DNA from: Mytilus edulis
Lineage: Eukaryota
DNA: 64,000 nucleotides
NCBI RefSeq assembly: GCF_963676685.1
Contig: NC_092351.1
Coordinates: 45,198,001 to 45,262,000, forward strand
Direction of reading: 5' to 3'
Made by a program: the position numbers and the translations under genes. Shown here piece after piece: positions 13,418 to 24,741 of the stretch. Below the pieces are notes generated by a model, which was given only the letters and a program-made list of their open reading frames with translations, was not told the origin of the DNA and made no database searches. Each line of letters opens with the position of its first letter. Positions within the stretch are counted from its first letter, which is position 1.

Positions 13418-15562
13418 CTAACAAAAATAGAAAGGTCACGCTTTAGACAATAATCAAGAAATAGAAGAACATGTATCCGACTTCTGGTTCATAAATACAA
13501 AAATTGTACAACGATCTATACAATCTGCTGTCGTATGGTATTTTAATAGACTTTCATATTCATTTTTTGGAGTATATATAAAGTTAAAAATAAATTTAAA
13601 TTGAAAAAAAAATCATATCTATTTTTTCCTATTTGAAAGTATTTTTCATTACTCTAAATTTTGAATGAAATTTGTTGTTATAATTTTTGAATTCAATTTT
13701 AATTCCGTAACATATCTTCCTCGCTTAAAGATGTTTCAATGTCTGAATTTGAGTATAATGTTACCTTTTTATGGATTAAATTAGATTCTCAAAGTTTCCG
13801 TAAAGTTTTGGATTTTGAAATATTTTGGCCTCAAACACTTCTATAGAATCATTAATTTGGGAAATAGTAGGGTGTCCAGTATCGGAAAAGACGCCTAGTT
13901 AACGAGTTTAAGTTAACAGATAACACACGGCTATATTTATAAATTATGCAAACTAATGGAAAATCATTATATTTTCCAATCATGAATGTCGTCGTACGCT
14001 CCTGTGCTCACGTGTTTTTTTTTAAATTTGTAGTTTCTTATTGTACCCAAAGATACCTCCTCATACAGGCCATCTTCAACACGAAAAATAAAGGTATTGC
14101 TGTCTGTGTTATTTGTTCAAATGATAATAATCGTTTAGCTTTAACATTTAATTGATCATATAACGAAAGCTGAAAAGATTTATATAATTTAAATAATTTT
14201 AGTAAGACTATGTTTTTAGTTGAAAGTTACCACATTTTGAACGAAAGAAAATTTATTGCGTGAAACTTTCACAGGATTTTACTCTGATACGTATACATCA
14301 ATAAGACATGGTTCATATGTGTGCCAAATATCATTCGTGTAATGCCAATTTGTGAAAAGAAAATAGAAATTTTAAACACAGTGATAATTCTGCCTTGATT
14401 CAAACACGCCTTTTCTCGTGCCGTTAATCGTTTTGTAGCTTACACTATCAGGAGTTGAAGTCATAAAACTTCGCTCAATGCTTGGAGCACAAACATCATG
14501 CTCGAAAGATGAAATCAAGCATTTTGATTGGTTGATTTAAGAGTATGAGTACAAAAATCTGATTCTAAATTGTCAAGGCCAGGTCATTAACTAGGACAAT
14601 TGTCACTAAATTCATTACTTTTTTTGGCTTGTTGTAAGGTCGATTTGTATGTTTTGGATAGTCGAGATAGATAGAGGATCGTTGTTTTATATTAGGAAAT
14701 ATTTTGGAATGGAATAAGTGTGTTATAGTTAAGGGTTCTTCTATTGAATTGCTTATAAATATGCGAAAAATCAACACAAACAAAAGCTTTATCGAGGCTA
14801 TGGGAGCACAGAAAGATCAGGTATATTTTAGTATATTGCATGATGCTTCAAACCTAACCCGTCGTACAGATAATTACAAAATATTGTATCACCATTCTAG
14901 TTATGAATCTTATACTAGCAGACACAACAGCAGTTATTTTAAATTTAAATCAAATTCTTGTTCGTCTGTAAAAGTGTTTCAGGTCATATAGAGAAGGTCG
15001 TCAAGTTCTTGCCTAGAAAAAGTTTTTTTGAGTCAGTAAGAACCAGCAGGCCTTAATCAGGTTTCTTGACGAATCAATTTTGCAGCATCATGGTATATCA
15101 ACAGTTACTATGATACATGTGTTGATTGGGCACCCTACTAAAATGCGCATCTCGTGAACTAAATTTGGTATCTTTAACATTGTATTTTTTATAATTTACG
15201 ATGTCTGTAGATTTGAAAACGTGAAACTAGAAACACATACGAAATACACTAACAAACGACAACCACAGAACAACATGCTCCTGACTTAGGACCTTGAACA
15301 GTGGAATATAAAAAAATGTTTTAGTAAATGCTGATGCATGTTTCTTTCAGCGACGCTTCCGTTTTTTGTTATCAGTCTGTTGACGCACCAGTATTACTAT
15401 TGTCCTCATCTTATTTGTTTACTCTAACTTCTGTTGCATCAAATTTATAGAAATATGGCTACATCTGTATTTTGGAAGACCAGAATATAACATTTAAATT
15501 GTTTTTGTGTCGTTTACATTGACTTAAAACACCCTTTTATTTTATCATTTAAATAGATATAG

Positions 15563-15880
15563 TAAGATGTGGTATTAGTGCCAATGGGACAACTCTTCAT
15601 CCAAATAGCAATTTATAAAAGTAAACCATTATAGGTCAGTGTACGGCATTCAACACAGAGCCTTGGCTCACACCGAACAACAAGGTATAAAAGACCCCCA
15701 AATTACTAGTGTAAAACCATTCAAACGGGAAAACTAACGGTCTTATCTATACTCCAAAAAAACCGCGAGAAACGAGAAACACGTATAAATTACACAAACA
15801 AACGACAACTACTGTACATCAGATTCCTGACATAGGACAGGTGGAAACATTTGCAGCGGGATTAAACGTTTAAATGGTAC
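15563..15880 (+). repeat. Abundant ~300-bp dispersed SINE-like repeat (agatgtggtatgattgccaatgagacaac family)
   Basis: Other copies at about 6409, 20678, 32385 and 41609 (+) and about 22195-22436, 36890-37030, 38715-38966 and 50538-50789 (-). Confidence 0.75.
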
Positions 15881-16036
15881 CAAATATAACTGACTAACGT
15901 TTTGTATCGTAAACGAAGGACAATTCACGGTGAAATCTGACTACAGTAAACTATAACAGATCACAATATTAAATTTTTGTACGCAGAAATCATTCAAAGA
16001 AATGTATTACAATCATGATGAGAATACAATAGTTAC

Positions 16037-16111
16037 CCGAATACACCTGTTCTGTGTCTGTGTGGTTTGGACAATTTCTTCGTCCCCAAATAACATAGGT
16101 AGAACCAGTGC
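16037..16111 (-). CDS. Exon 2 of short-chain collagen C4-like protein (GTGSTYVIWGRRNCPNHTDTEQVYSG); not in ORF track
   Basis: Acceptor ttttgtag at 16112, donor G|GTAACT at 16036, 75 nt, phase 1/1. Encodes the typical YxxWGRxxCP...VYSG start of the domain and joins exons 1 and 3 in frame. Confidence 0.88.
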
Positions 16112-16893
16112 CTACAAAAGAATAGAGAAAATTAAGATGTTATTCATTGGTTTTCTCTCAATGATTTTTGTTGTTCCATATTGACGAATCGTAGAAGAAG
16201 ACAACAATTGTTTGTATGTTTATCAAGACATTGGAATATTGAGGGACGCTATCATTCTCAATTAATTTAAATTTTATATTTACAAACAAATAAAACGCAA
16301 TGTGTTACAGATTTAATTTGCAGTTACATTTTCCGATGTAAACTATAAGCATCATTGTAGTGTTTCTTTATTTATCTAATAACCTCTCATTTTTGAAAAT
16401 ATTCTCTAACAATTTAACCAGTTTTGACCGAGAATCAAAATTTTGTCAGATGTACTGACAAACGAACAAAGGAAAATCAGGATGTGTGGTTTAATTCTAA
16501 TAACATATATCAGGCAAAATTGAACTATTCAATGTTGAATAAAACTTATTCAGTCACAAAATAACCTTCGATAAACTAAACTAGTGTCTTCAAATATTAG
16601 CTGTATTTGTACGAAGCTTAGAAAGAGGTGTAATGCAAGCTTCAGCCAGCTCCTATTCCTGTTTTGACCCGAGTACACATTTCCGTTGATATTTAAAGAT
16701 ACTAACAGTTATTTTCTTTATCCTGTAATTAATTAGGTCTTTCCACTTTTCCATTGAAAGAACTATTGATATTATTTTAATTATAATGTCTTTCCACGGA
16801 CAAGTGGAAAGATCTATTGATTTTGTTCTGATTATTATTTTGCTTTCTTCCACCTAAATTTTGTTCTTGCGGGGTATTGTTATTTTACAAGAA

Positions 16894-18175
16894 GTCGCTA
16901 AGATATTTCATATATGATATCGAACAGTTTAGACGCTTTAAAAACTGAAACCTTTGAACCGAAGACTTTACCTTGTAAGAGTTATCTCCCCAAACACTGT
17001 TTTTCTTGTGTTCACTACTCCTTCGCAACGTTTAGGATTACGAGAATTTTATTTTACCAAATTGGTCTTAACGTCTTCAGGATGGCATATTGAAACGAAG
17101 CTATCCAGAGTCTCCATATGAGAGTTATTTTCCCATATGCATTTGATATAAGAGATATGTATTTATAACTGGTAAACCATAAGTGATATAGGCCTAGAGT
17201 CTTTTGATTTGAGGTCCTTGGTAAAAAAAAATGAAAATTATGTAGAGTCAAAGGTTAAGGTCATATTCTGAATTTAGATTTTTGCTTATTTTCATTTATT
17301 TTCGTAAACCGTATAAGATATGGACAAATTATTTTTACTGAATTGTTAGTTGCGACATGTCGTTACACGTATATTTTGATTGCAAGGGTATATTGAATGT
17401 AAAGGGGAGTTTTCTCACTTTTCATATTCCAAAAATATATGGTTCTATATACTTTTACATAAAAAAAAGTACAAAATTAAGCTATTGTCTGTTTACACAA
17501 AGTCATTTTCGGTTGGATTTTAAGGTCATGTAAAAGTGGCACGAAAGATACCAGAAGGACAGTAAAACTTATAAATCGAAAATAAACTGACAACGCCAGG
17601 CTAAAAATGAAATTGCAACTTAAATAAAAAAGTACAAACACTTCATATTAAATGTCGCTGAGATATTTCGTATATATTATCGAACAGTTTAGCCATTTTT
17701 AAAACTGACACCATTGAGGCGAAGACTTTACATTGTAAGAGTTATCTCCCCAAACACTGTTTGTCTTGTGTCCATTTCGCAACCGTTAAAGATTACGATT
17801 AATTTATTTTACCATTTTGCTCGTATCGTCTTCAGGATTAAGGTGGCTTTTGAACCGAAGCTATCCGGAAACGCCATATGAGAGTTATTTTCCCTTATGC
17901 ATTTGATATAAGAGGTATGCATTTTTAACTGGTAAACCATAAGTGATATAGACCTAGTGTCTTTTGATTTGAGGTCCTTGGTTAAAACAAAAACGAAAAT
18001 TAGGTCAAGGTTAAAGGTCAAGGTCATATTCCAAATTTTGATTTTTTCCTTTTTTTTCCTTTGTTTTTCAAAAACTGTGTAAGATATCGACAAATTATCT
18101 GTATTAAATTGTCATTTGCGACATGTCGTAACACGTACATTTTGATTACAAGGTAACGTTTACTGTAAAGGGCAT
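16894..18175. repeat. Two diverged tandem units (period about 760 bp) in intron 1 of the C4-like gene
   Basis: gtcgct.agatatttc at 16894 and 17654; shared gagttatctccccaaacactg and ggtcaaggt motifs; a Penelope-like 3'-end scrap sits between them (about 17532-17610). Confidence 0.8.
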
Positions 18176-18364
18176 TTATGACCTTTGAACACCGGTAACT
18201 GTTGCCTTTACTTATTTAACAATGATGAACATGCCATTTTAGCAAATGGACTTTTTTACCTTTTGTGTTTTTCCTTGATTACATTCCATTTGATTGATAT
18301 ATGAATATTTTTCAATCCGTTTAGTGACCAATACCTTAATTTAAAAGTAATTGGTACATTTTAC

Positions 18365-18587
18365 CTTCAGCAGATTGCAATTGTTTGATCTCTGATTGTT
18401 GTAACTGTATGGTTAGTGATTGCTGTTTTACCGTGGTGTTAAGGATCGATAACATATTCTCCATCCTGTTCAAACGATCATTGATTACATCTGGGTCATT
18501 CAGCAATAGACGTTTTACATCCTTTTCCCCAGCAAAACAAACTGTCAAAGCACAAAGTGCCAGAGCACATTGAAAATACCCTTTCAT
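18365..18587 (-). CDS. Exon 1 of secreted short-chain collagen C4-like domain protein (signal peptide + coiled coil)
   Basis: ATG at 18587 gives MKGYFQCALALCALTVCFAG (signal-peptide-like), then heptad-like EKDVKRLLL...QQSEIKQLQSAE; phase-1 donor G|GTAAAA at 18364. Confidence 0.85.
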
Positions 18588-18884
18588 TGTGTAACGTTCG
18601 GAATCCTTATCTGTTCTCAAGGTCTTTTAATGTCAATGAGATTATATGAATCATACATACATTCATGTACAGTTATGTAGTTCATGTATAGTATATGAAA
18701 GATAAATATCATTTGAACTTAAATGTACCTGTTGACTCGTAACAGAATAAATTTGACAGCATCACGTAATGCTAAAAAATGTTCATGATAATACTAAGAA
18801 AGCGACAATTTGGTTCTGGTGGATTTGGTTGGTGATTGGCTGGAAAGTTTGCCTTAAGTCGCGTCATAATATTCCTTTGTAGAA

Positions 18885-20249
18885 AATTCAAAGAAAAATT
18901 ATTTATTATCAATCAGAAGCAGATTTAAAAGGTTTTTGTTTTACTTTTTAATCCTGAGCTTTCGTTTTTTATTTTTTTCTGCCAGTCCCGAATATCTGTA
19001 TATAGTTAGATAGAAAACATATTTCATTTCAAAATTTTCTTTCATTTGTTGGTGTCACAGTTGTCGAAAAGAGAACATGATTGTTATAAAGACAGTTGGA
19101 ACATGTTCATACTCACCTGTGATACAGCTGTATATAACGGTCAACCAACTCGTGAAAGCATCTGCTAAAATTTCGAACAGATAATTAAAATTTCAACAAT
19201 TGGAACTATTGAATGAAGAAATGCCTTGTTAATAAACCACGATCGCACACCTCACTGCGATCTAAAAATAAATTCAGATCGTGGTGAGCGCGGTTCTTTC
19301 ACGTTGCTACTACGTCCTCATAACGCCCAAGTACCACTAGACCACGATCGCATCACGTTCACCCTGATCTAAAATAAATTCAGATCGTAGTGAGGTCGCG
19401 GTATGAGCGGTATGAAAATGTAAAGTTTTGTTGCTTTTACGATGATACTATGTCCTCATTACGCTTCTACAACGATCCCGCTACGATTATACCACGTTCT
19501 CACCACGCGTATTCACAGACCTACCTACGCTTATCAAGATATGTCTACGCTCATCACGTTCTCAACAATTCAAAGAAAAAATATTTATTATCAATCAGAA
19601 GCAGATTTAAAAGGTTTTTGTTTTACTTTTTAATCCTGAGCTTTCGTTTTTTAATTTTTTTTCTGCCAGTCCCGAATATCTGTATAAAGTTAGATAGAAA
19701 ACATATTTCATGTCAAAATTTTCTTTCATTTGTTGGTGTCACAATTGTTGAAAAGAGAACAGGATTGTAATAAAGACAGTTGGAACATGTTCATACTCAC
19801 CTGTGATACAGCTGTATATAACGGTCAACCAACTCGTGAAAGCATCTGCTAAAATTTCGAACAGATTATTAAAATTTCAACAATTGGAACTATTAAATGA
19901 AGAAATGCCTTGTTAATAAACCACGATCGCACACGCTCACTGTGATCTAAAAATAAATTCAGATCGTGGTGAGCGCGCTTCTTTCACGTTGATACTACGT
20001 CCTCATAACGCCCAAGTACCACTAGACCACGATCGCACCACGCTCACCCTGATCTAAAATAAATTCAGATCGTAGTGAGGTCGCGGTATGAGCGGTATGA
20101 AAATGTAAAGTTTTGTTGCTTTGACGATGATACTACGTCCTCATTACGCTTCTACAAGGATCCCGCTACGATTATACCACGTTCTCACCACGCGTATTCA
20201 CCGACCTCCCTACGCTTATCAAGATATGTCTACGCTCATCACGTTCTCA
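18885..20249. repeat. Recent tandem duplication, period about 682-685 bp, about 300 bp upstream of the C4-like start codon
   Basis: 18885-19564 and 19567-20249 are highly similar; twin ORFs at 19390 and 20075. Confidence 0.92.
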
Positions 20250-21800
20250 CTACGACCATACCACGAGTTATCCGATTGCAACACGATCGTACCATATATC
20301 TTCTGCGATTATAGGACGTTCTTATCACGATTATACTACGTTCATATCGATCTTAAGTTACGTTCCCAGCAATAATATCAAAATCGTGTTCCATATCAAT
20401 ACAGTTCCAATCCTTCTATTTCTGATTAATACGTAGATTTCTCGGAAACAATACAGTCATGCCACCAAAATCTACAAGAACACGTGGACGTGGTGGTAGG
20501 GGTTGATTCAGAGGCAGATAGAGCTCTGATAGTTACGAACCCTGACCCAGCAAAGATATCGGAACGACCAATACAACCTGAATTACAACCTATTCCTGGT
20601 CCATCAAGCTCAAATGACGATATTTTAGCGAACGATTGTAGAGATGACATAGATGTGTAAATATAAAAAAAAATTGGAAGATGTGGTATGATTGTCAGTA
20701 AAACAATTCTCCACAAGAGACAAGCATGGTACCGAAATTAACAACTATAGGTCACCGTACGGCCTTCAACAATGAGAAAATCCCATTCGGCATAGACCTC
20801 GAAATTACAATGTAAAACAATTCAAACGATCAAACGGATTTGTTTATGTTCAAAAAATGAATTAATAGCACATTAACAAACGACAAACACTGGCTCCTAA
20901 CTTGGGATAGGCACAAACATACTTAATGTGGCATGGTTGAGCAGTTAGAGAAAATGGACAAAAGTCCTTATTACATACAGACAAACAAAACCTGGAGAGA
21001 TTTAATATATTTTACGTGAAAATGACAATAAGAATGAAAGTTGTAGTATGAACGTAGTCAGGTCGCAGGAAGAGCGCGATGAGGACGGCAAAGGCGTGCT
21101 AGAATCGTACTATGGTCTTGAACAGCGTGATGTAAACGTGGTAAAGTCGTAGTGGAAGCGTAGTTTGGTCGCTGTGAGAACGTGATGGTCGTAGTGAGGT
21201 CGTAATAACGTCGCTGTGAGATCGTAGTGCAGTCTCTCCGAATAGAATCACGCATCCGCTACGCTCTCGCTACGATGGTACAACGACCTTTGCGATCTTA
21301 CCACGATCTTACTGCGCTCTCACTACGCTTCAACTACGACCTGATTTCGCCACGACCGCCCCGTGATTGTTTTGAACATGTCCAAAGTTGGCCACGCTCA
21401 TCACGATCATCAAAACCTCACCACGACCGTAATATGACCTTACTGCGATCTGCACGTTCGCATTACGATCGTCAAAATTTTCATATTTTTCATAGATCGT
21501 AGTGCTTCTACAACGATCCCGCTACAATTATACCACGTTGTCAGCACGCTTAGTCTGCGACCTCACTACGGCTATCACGATCTTTCTACGCTAATCACGT
21601 CCTCACTACGATCATCCCACGATTTATTCGATTGCAATACGATCTTACCTCGCTTCTACTGCGATTATAGCACGAACTTTCCACGACCATACTACGATGA
21701 TACCACGTTGAAATCGCGATCTTACAACGCTCTCAGCAATAACGTCAACAACATCGTGTTCGATATAAATACTGTATCATTCCTCGATTTCTCACTGATA
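19237..21800. repeat. CpG-rich CACG/CTACG motif-array repeat (unclassified transposon derivative)
   Basis: Dense cacgat/ctacg motifs on + at 19237-19564, 19921-20420 and 21240-21790, reversed (cgtagt/cgtggt) at 21040-21230; 21505-21790 repeats 20147-20430. Confidence 0.6.
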
Positions 21801-22530
21801 CGTATACTGTACAAGTCCGGAATATGGCAGTTGTTACCAAATAGGTCGTATCTATGTGCGTTGGCGTTTTTCTTTTGTAGCACGTCGATGTTCCTGTTGT
21901 TTCTTTGTTTTCATATTATAATTGATGTGTTTCCCTCGGTTTTGGATTTTTCGTGATGTTCCTGTTGTTTCTTTGTTTTTCTATTATAATTGATGTTATC
22001 TACTATTAGTATATCTAGTATATTGATTCACAGGCATAAATGGATGTTAACGAACAAGTGGCTAATGCGACTTTTGTTATAGGTTACGACCGACCAAACG
22101 TTTTATACTCGTTGTATAGAATTATTGCTCATATTTGGACGAATATTATTTATGATATAAAAAGAAATTGATATTTATATGTTTTTGTAGGAATCTGATG
22201 TACAGTGGTTGTAGTCTGTTAATGTATAGTTCATACGTGTTTATGATTTCTCGTTTTTATATAGATAAGACCGTTGGTTTTCCAGTTTGATTGGTTTTAC
22301 ACTAGTAATTTTTCGGGCCCTTTATAGCTTTCTGTTCGGTGTTGAAGGCCATGCCTTGACCTATAATGTTGTAGTTTTATAAATTGTGACATTGTTGGAG
22401 AGTTGTCTCATTGGCACTCATACCACATCTTCCTATATCTAAATAGAACACGGAGCAACATGACACTTGCTCTATATAGTTATGAGGTATGTATTGTGCA
22501 CCCATGCAGTGAAAACTTATCCATACTACA

Positions 22531-22966
22531 GGTTGCACTTTGTAAATACAGCTGTTTCTCAAAACACGCCTCTTTTGTGGAGATCTTAAATATTCATAGA
22601 AAATTAATTTTGTTTACATCCTGGTTCCCAGTTATGCTCTCTGTGTACCATAACTTGGGAATGTTACCAGTACATTTACATGTGCATATTGTTTACATTG
22701 AGATCTGTGGTAACCTTTCATTCGAGGTAGGGGTAGTTAAGAAAATTAGTGTTTAGTTTAAACTCTGAGAAGTTCAGGGCATATAAACGTTGAAAATATG
22801 CCACACAGCCCTATATTTTGACCATTGAAATAAATTGTGGTGCAAATGAACTTTCAATTCTAGGATAAGATTTTTTTCAAAACTTCATAGTAAAAGTGGT
22901 ACAGTTTGAGCCGATAAAGGAATTCCTATGGGAAATTGCAATGTCAATATTTACAGAAATGCAACC
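22531..22966. mobile_element. MITE (436 bp), GGTTGCA...TGCAACC termini, TACA on both flanks; truncated copy at 7917-8349
   Basis: Imperfect TIRs ggttgcactttgtaaata / tatttacagaaatgcaacc; colinear homolog starting tgtaaatacagctgtttctcaaa at 7917. Confidence 0.75.
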
Positions 22967-23011
22967 TACAATACATTTCTTTTGGCAGGGATAACGTTAA
23001 GGTCAGCATTT

Positions 23012-23408
23012 TAGACGAAACGCGCGTCTGGCGTACTAAATTATAATCCTGGTACTTTTGATAACTATTTACACTACTGGGTCGATGCCACTGCTGGTGG
23101 ACGTTTCGTCCCCGTGGGTATCACCAGCCCAGTAGTCGGCACTTCGGTGTTGACAGGAATATCAATTATGTGATCATTTTATAAATTTCCTGATACAAAA
23201 CTTTGAATTTTTCGAAAAACTAAGGATTTTCTTGTCCAAGGAATAGATTACCTTAGCCCCATTTGGCACAATTTTTTGGAATTTTGGATCCTCTATGCTC
23301 TTCAACTTTGTATAGTTTGGCTTTATAACTATTTTGATATGAGTGTCACTGATGAGTCTTATGTAGACGAAACGCGCGTCTGACGTACTAAATTATAATC
23401 CTGGTACT
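23012..23408 (+). mobile_element. Non-LTR retrozyme: one 352-nt monomer plus a 45-bp terminal repeat
   Basis: Direct repeat 23012-23056 / 23364-23408 (period 352, one mismatch), each containing the hammerhead 3' half GACGAAACGCGCGTC; no ORF. Confidence 0.85.
23343..23386 (+). ncRNA. Minimal type I hammerhead ribozyme
   Basis: gtgtca-CTGATGA-GTCT(tatgt)AGAC-GAAAC-GCGC-GTC^-tgacgt: intact CUGAUGA/GAAA/GUC core, 4-bp stem II, stem I with two G.U pairs, palindromic stem III region (ACGCGCGT); predicted cleavage after 23380. Confidence 0.92.
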
Positions 23409-23956
23409 ATTTAATTGGTATAAAATTGCAGGCAGTTTCATTCTGATTTGTGATGATTTATCTAGACACTTGTATATTCATTAACTTTCACCTTTAATTG
23501 GTATCGAATTATAAATACTATTCTAATATGACGTGCTTCTTTCGCTTTATGAATAAACTCGTGCTCTTAATCCAATAAAATTGTTGGCAAATGCGTTCAT
23601 TTACTACTGCAGAATAATGAACTTTATCAAAGTGGCATGCATGCATTTAATATATTTCATTAACTTAAAACACTTAAACATGTTAAATGATGCACATGTT
23701 GTGATCAATTCATTTATTATGACTGTAATGTGTTGAAATTGGAAATTGATATATTTGACCTAGATACGACAACCGTTCATGCTGGCTGTTCAAACTCCTC
23801 CCTCTGAAAAATCACATTGCCATTCGTTTTCTTGTTTAACTGAAACAAAAAAGGGAGGTCCATGGAAGAGCCTACAAAAACGATCTACACTTATACACCG
23901 GACATAGAAATTACCTTCATTGTCCTAATCAGAATCGACACAATTGATGCAAGCTA

Positions 23957-24077
23957 TACTTTATTGTAGTTTTAACATGGTGTGGCATTATATTCGTGTT
24001 ATGTTAGCCCTCACTATCGCTCGGGCAAAACTAATCACGAATATAATGCCTACCCATGTTAAAACTACAATAAAGTA
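23957..24077. repeat. Long hairpin, likely the end of a mobile element
   Basis: tactttattgtagttttaacatgg / ccatgttaaaactacaataaagta perfect 24-bp outer stem, imperfect inner stem. Confidence 0.75.
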
Positions 24078-24400
24078 ACGCGTCGCCATTAAACTTAATT
24101 TGCGACCATCAAATCTCCAATTAATGCCGTCGGAACTTTAAAATACAATACAGGTACTAGTATCTCCTAAATTACATGTCGCACAGGTGGCAAATAAACT
24201 CTTTTGCTCCAATATTTTTTTTACTATAAATTATTTGTTTAAAAAAAGTACACTACAAATAGTACTAGAACTTTCATTTTCAAATTCTATTTATAAACCA
24301 TATCGCGGACGTGAAAGAAAGCACTGTGAAGAAAGGTTAATGTTTATATTTAAATGAGAAAATGGTTATATAACAGGAATATCAAATCAAGAATATCAGT

Positions 24401-24741
24401 ATTTAGGAGATAACTGTATTGTATTTTAAGCTCCGACGGCATCAATTGGGGATTTGATGGTCGCAAATTAAGTTTACTGGCGACGCGTTAGCGGAGACAG
24501 TAAACGGGTATTTGCGACCATCAAATCCCCAATTGATGCCGTCGGAGCTTAAAATACAATATTGTTATCTCCATTCTAATGAAACTAACAGAAAACAACG
24601 TTAAACATGTATTTAAAATCTGTTATATGCCGTCTGCGCTTGCGCATACGTCCCATAGCATCAATTGTCAATTGATGCCATGTAAGAAAGTGACGTTATC
24701 CAATCAAAATGAACGTTACAAACGTTGTTGCATTAGAATAA
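24401..24741. mobile_element. Hairpin-terminated element (stem 24406-24572); internally deleted relatives at about 40897-41165 and 52720-52990
   Basis: tattgtattttaagctccgacggcatcaattggggatttgatggtcgcaaat and its exact reverse complement; apex cgacgcgttagcggag. Confidence 0.75.

Noticed and set aside
19390-21502. Cluster of Arg/Thr/His-rich ORFs
   Set aside because: By-products of the CACG/CTACG repeat; overlapping frames on both strands
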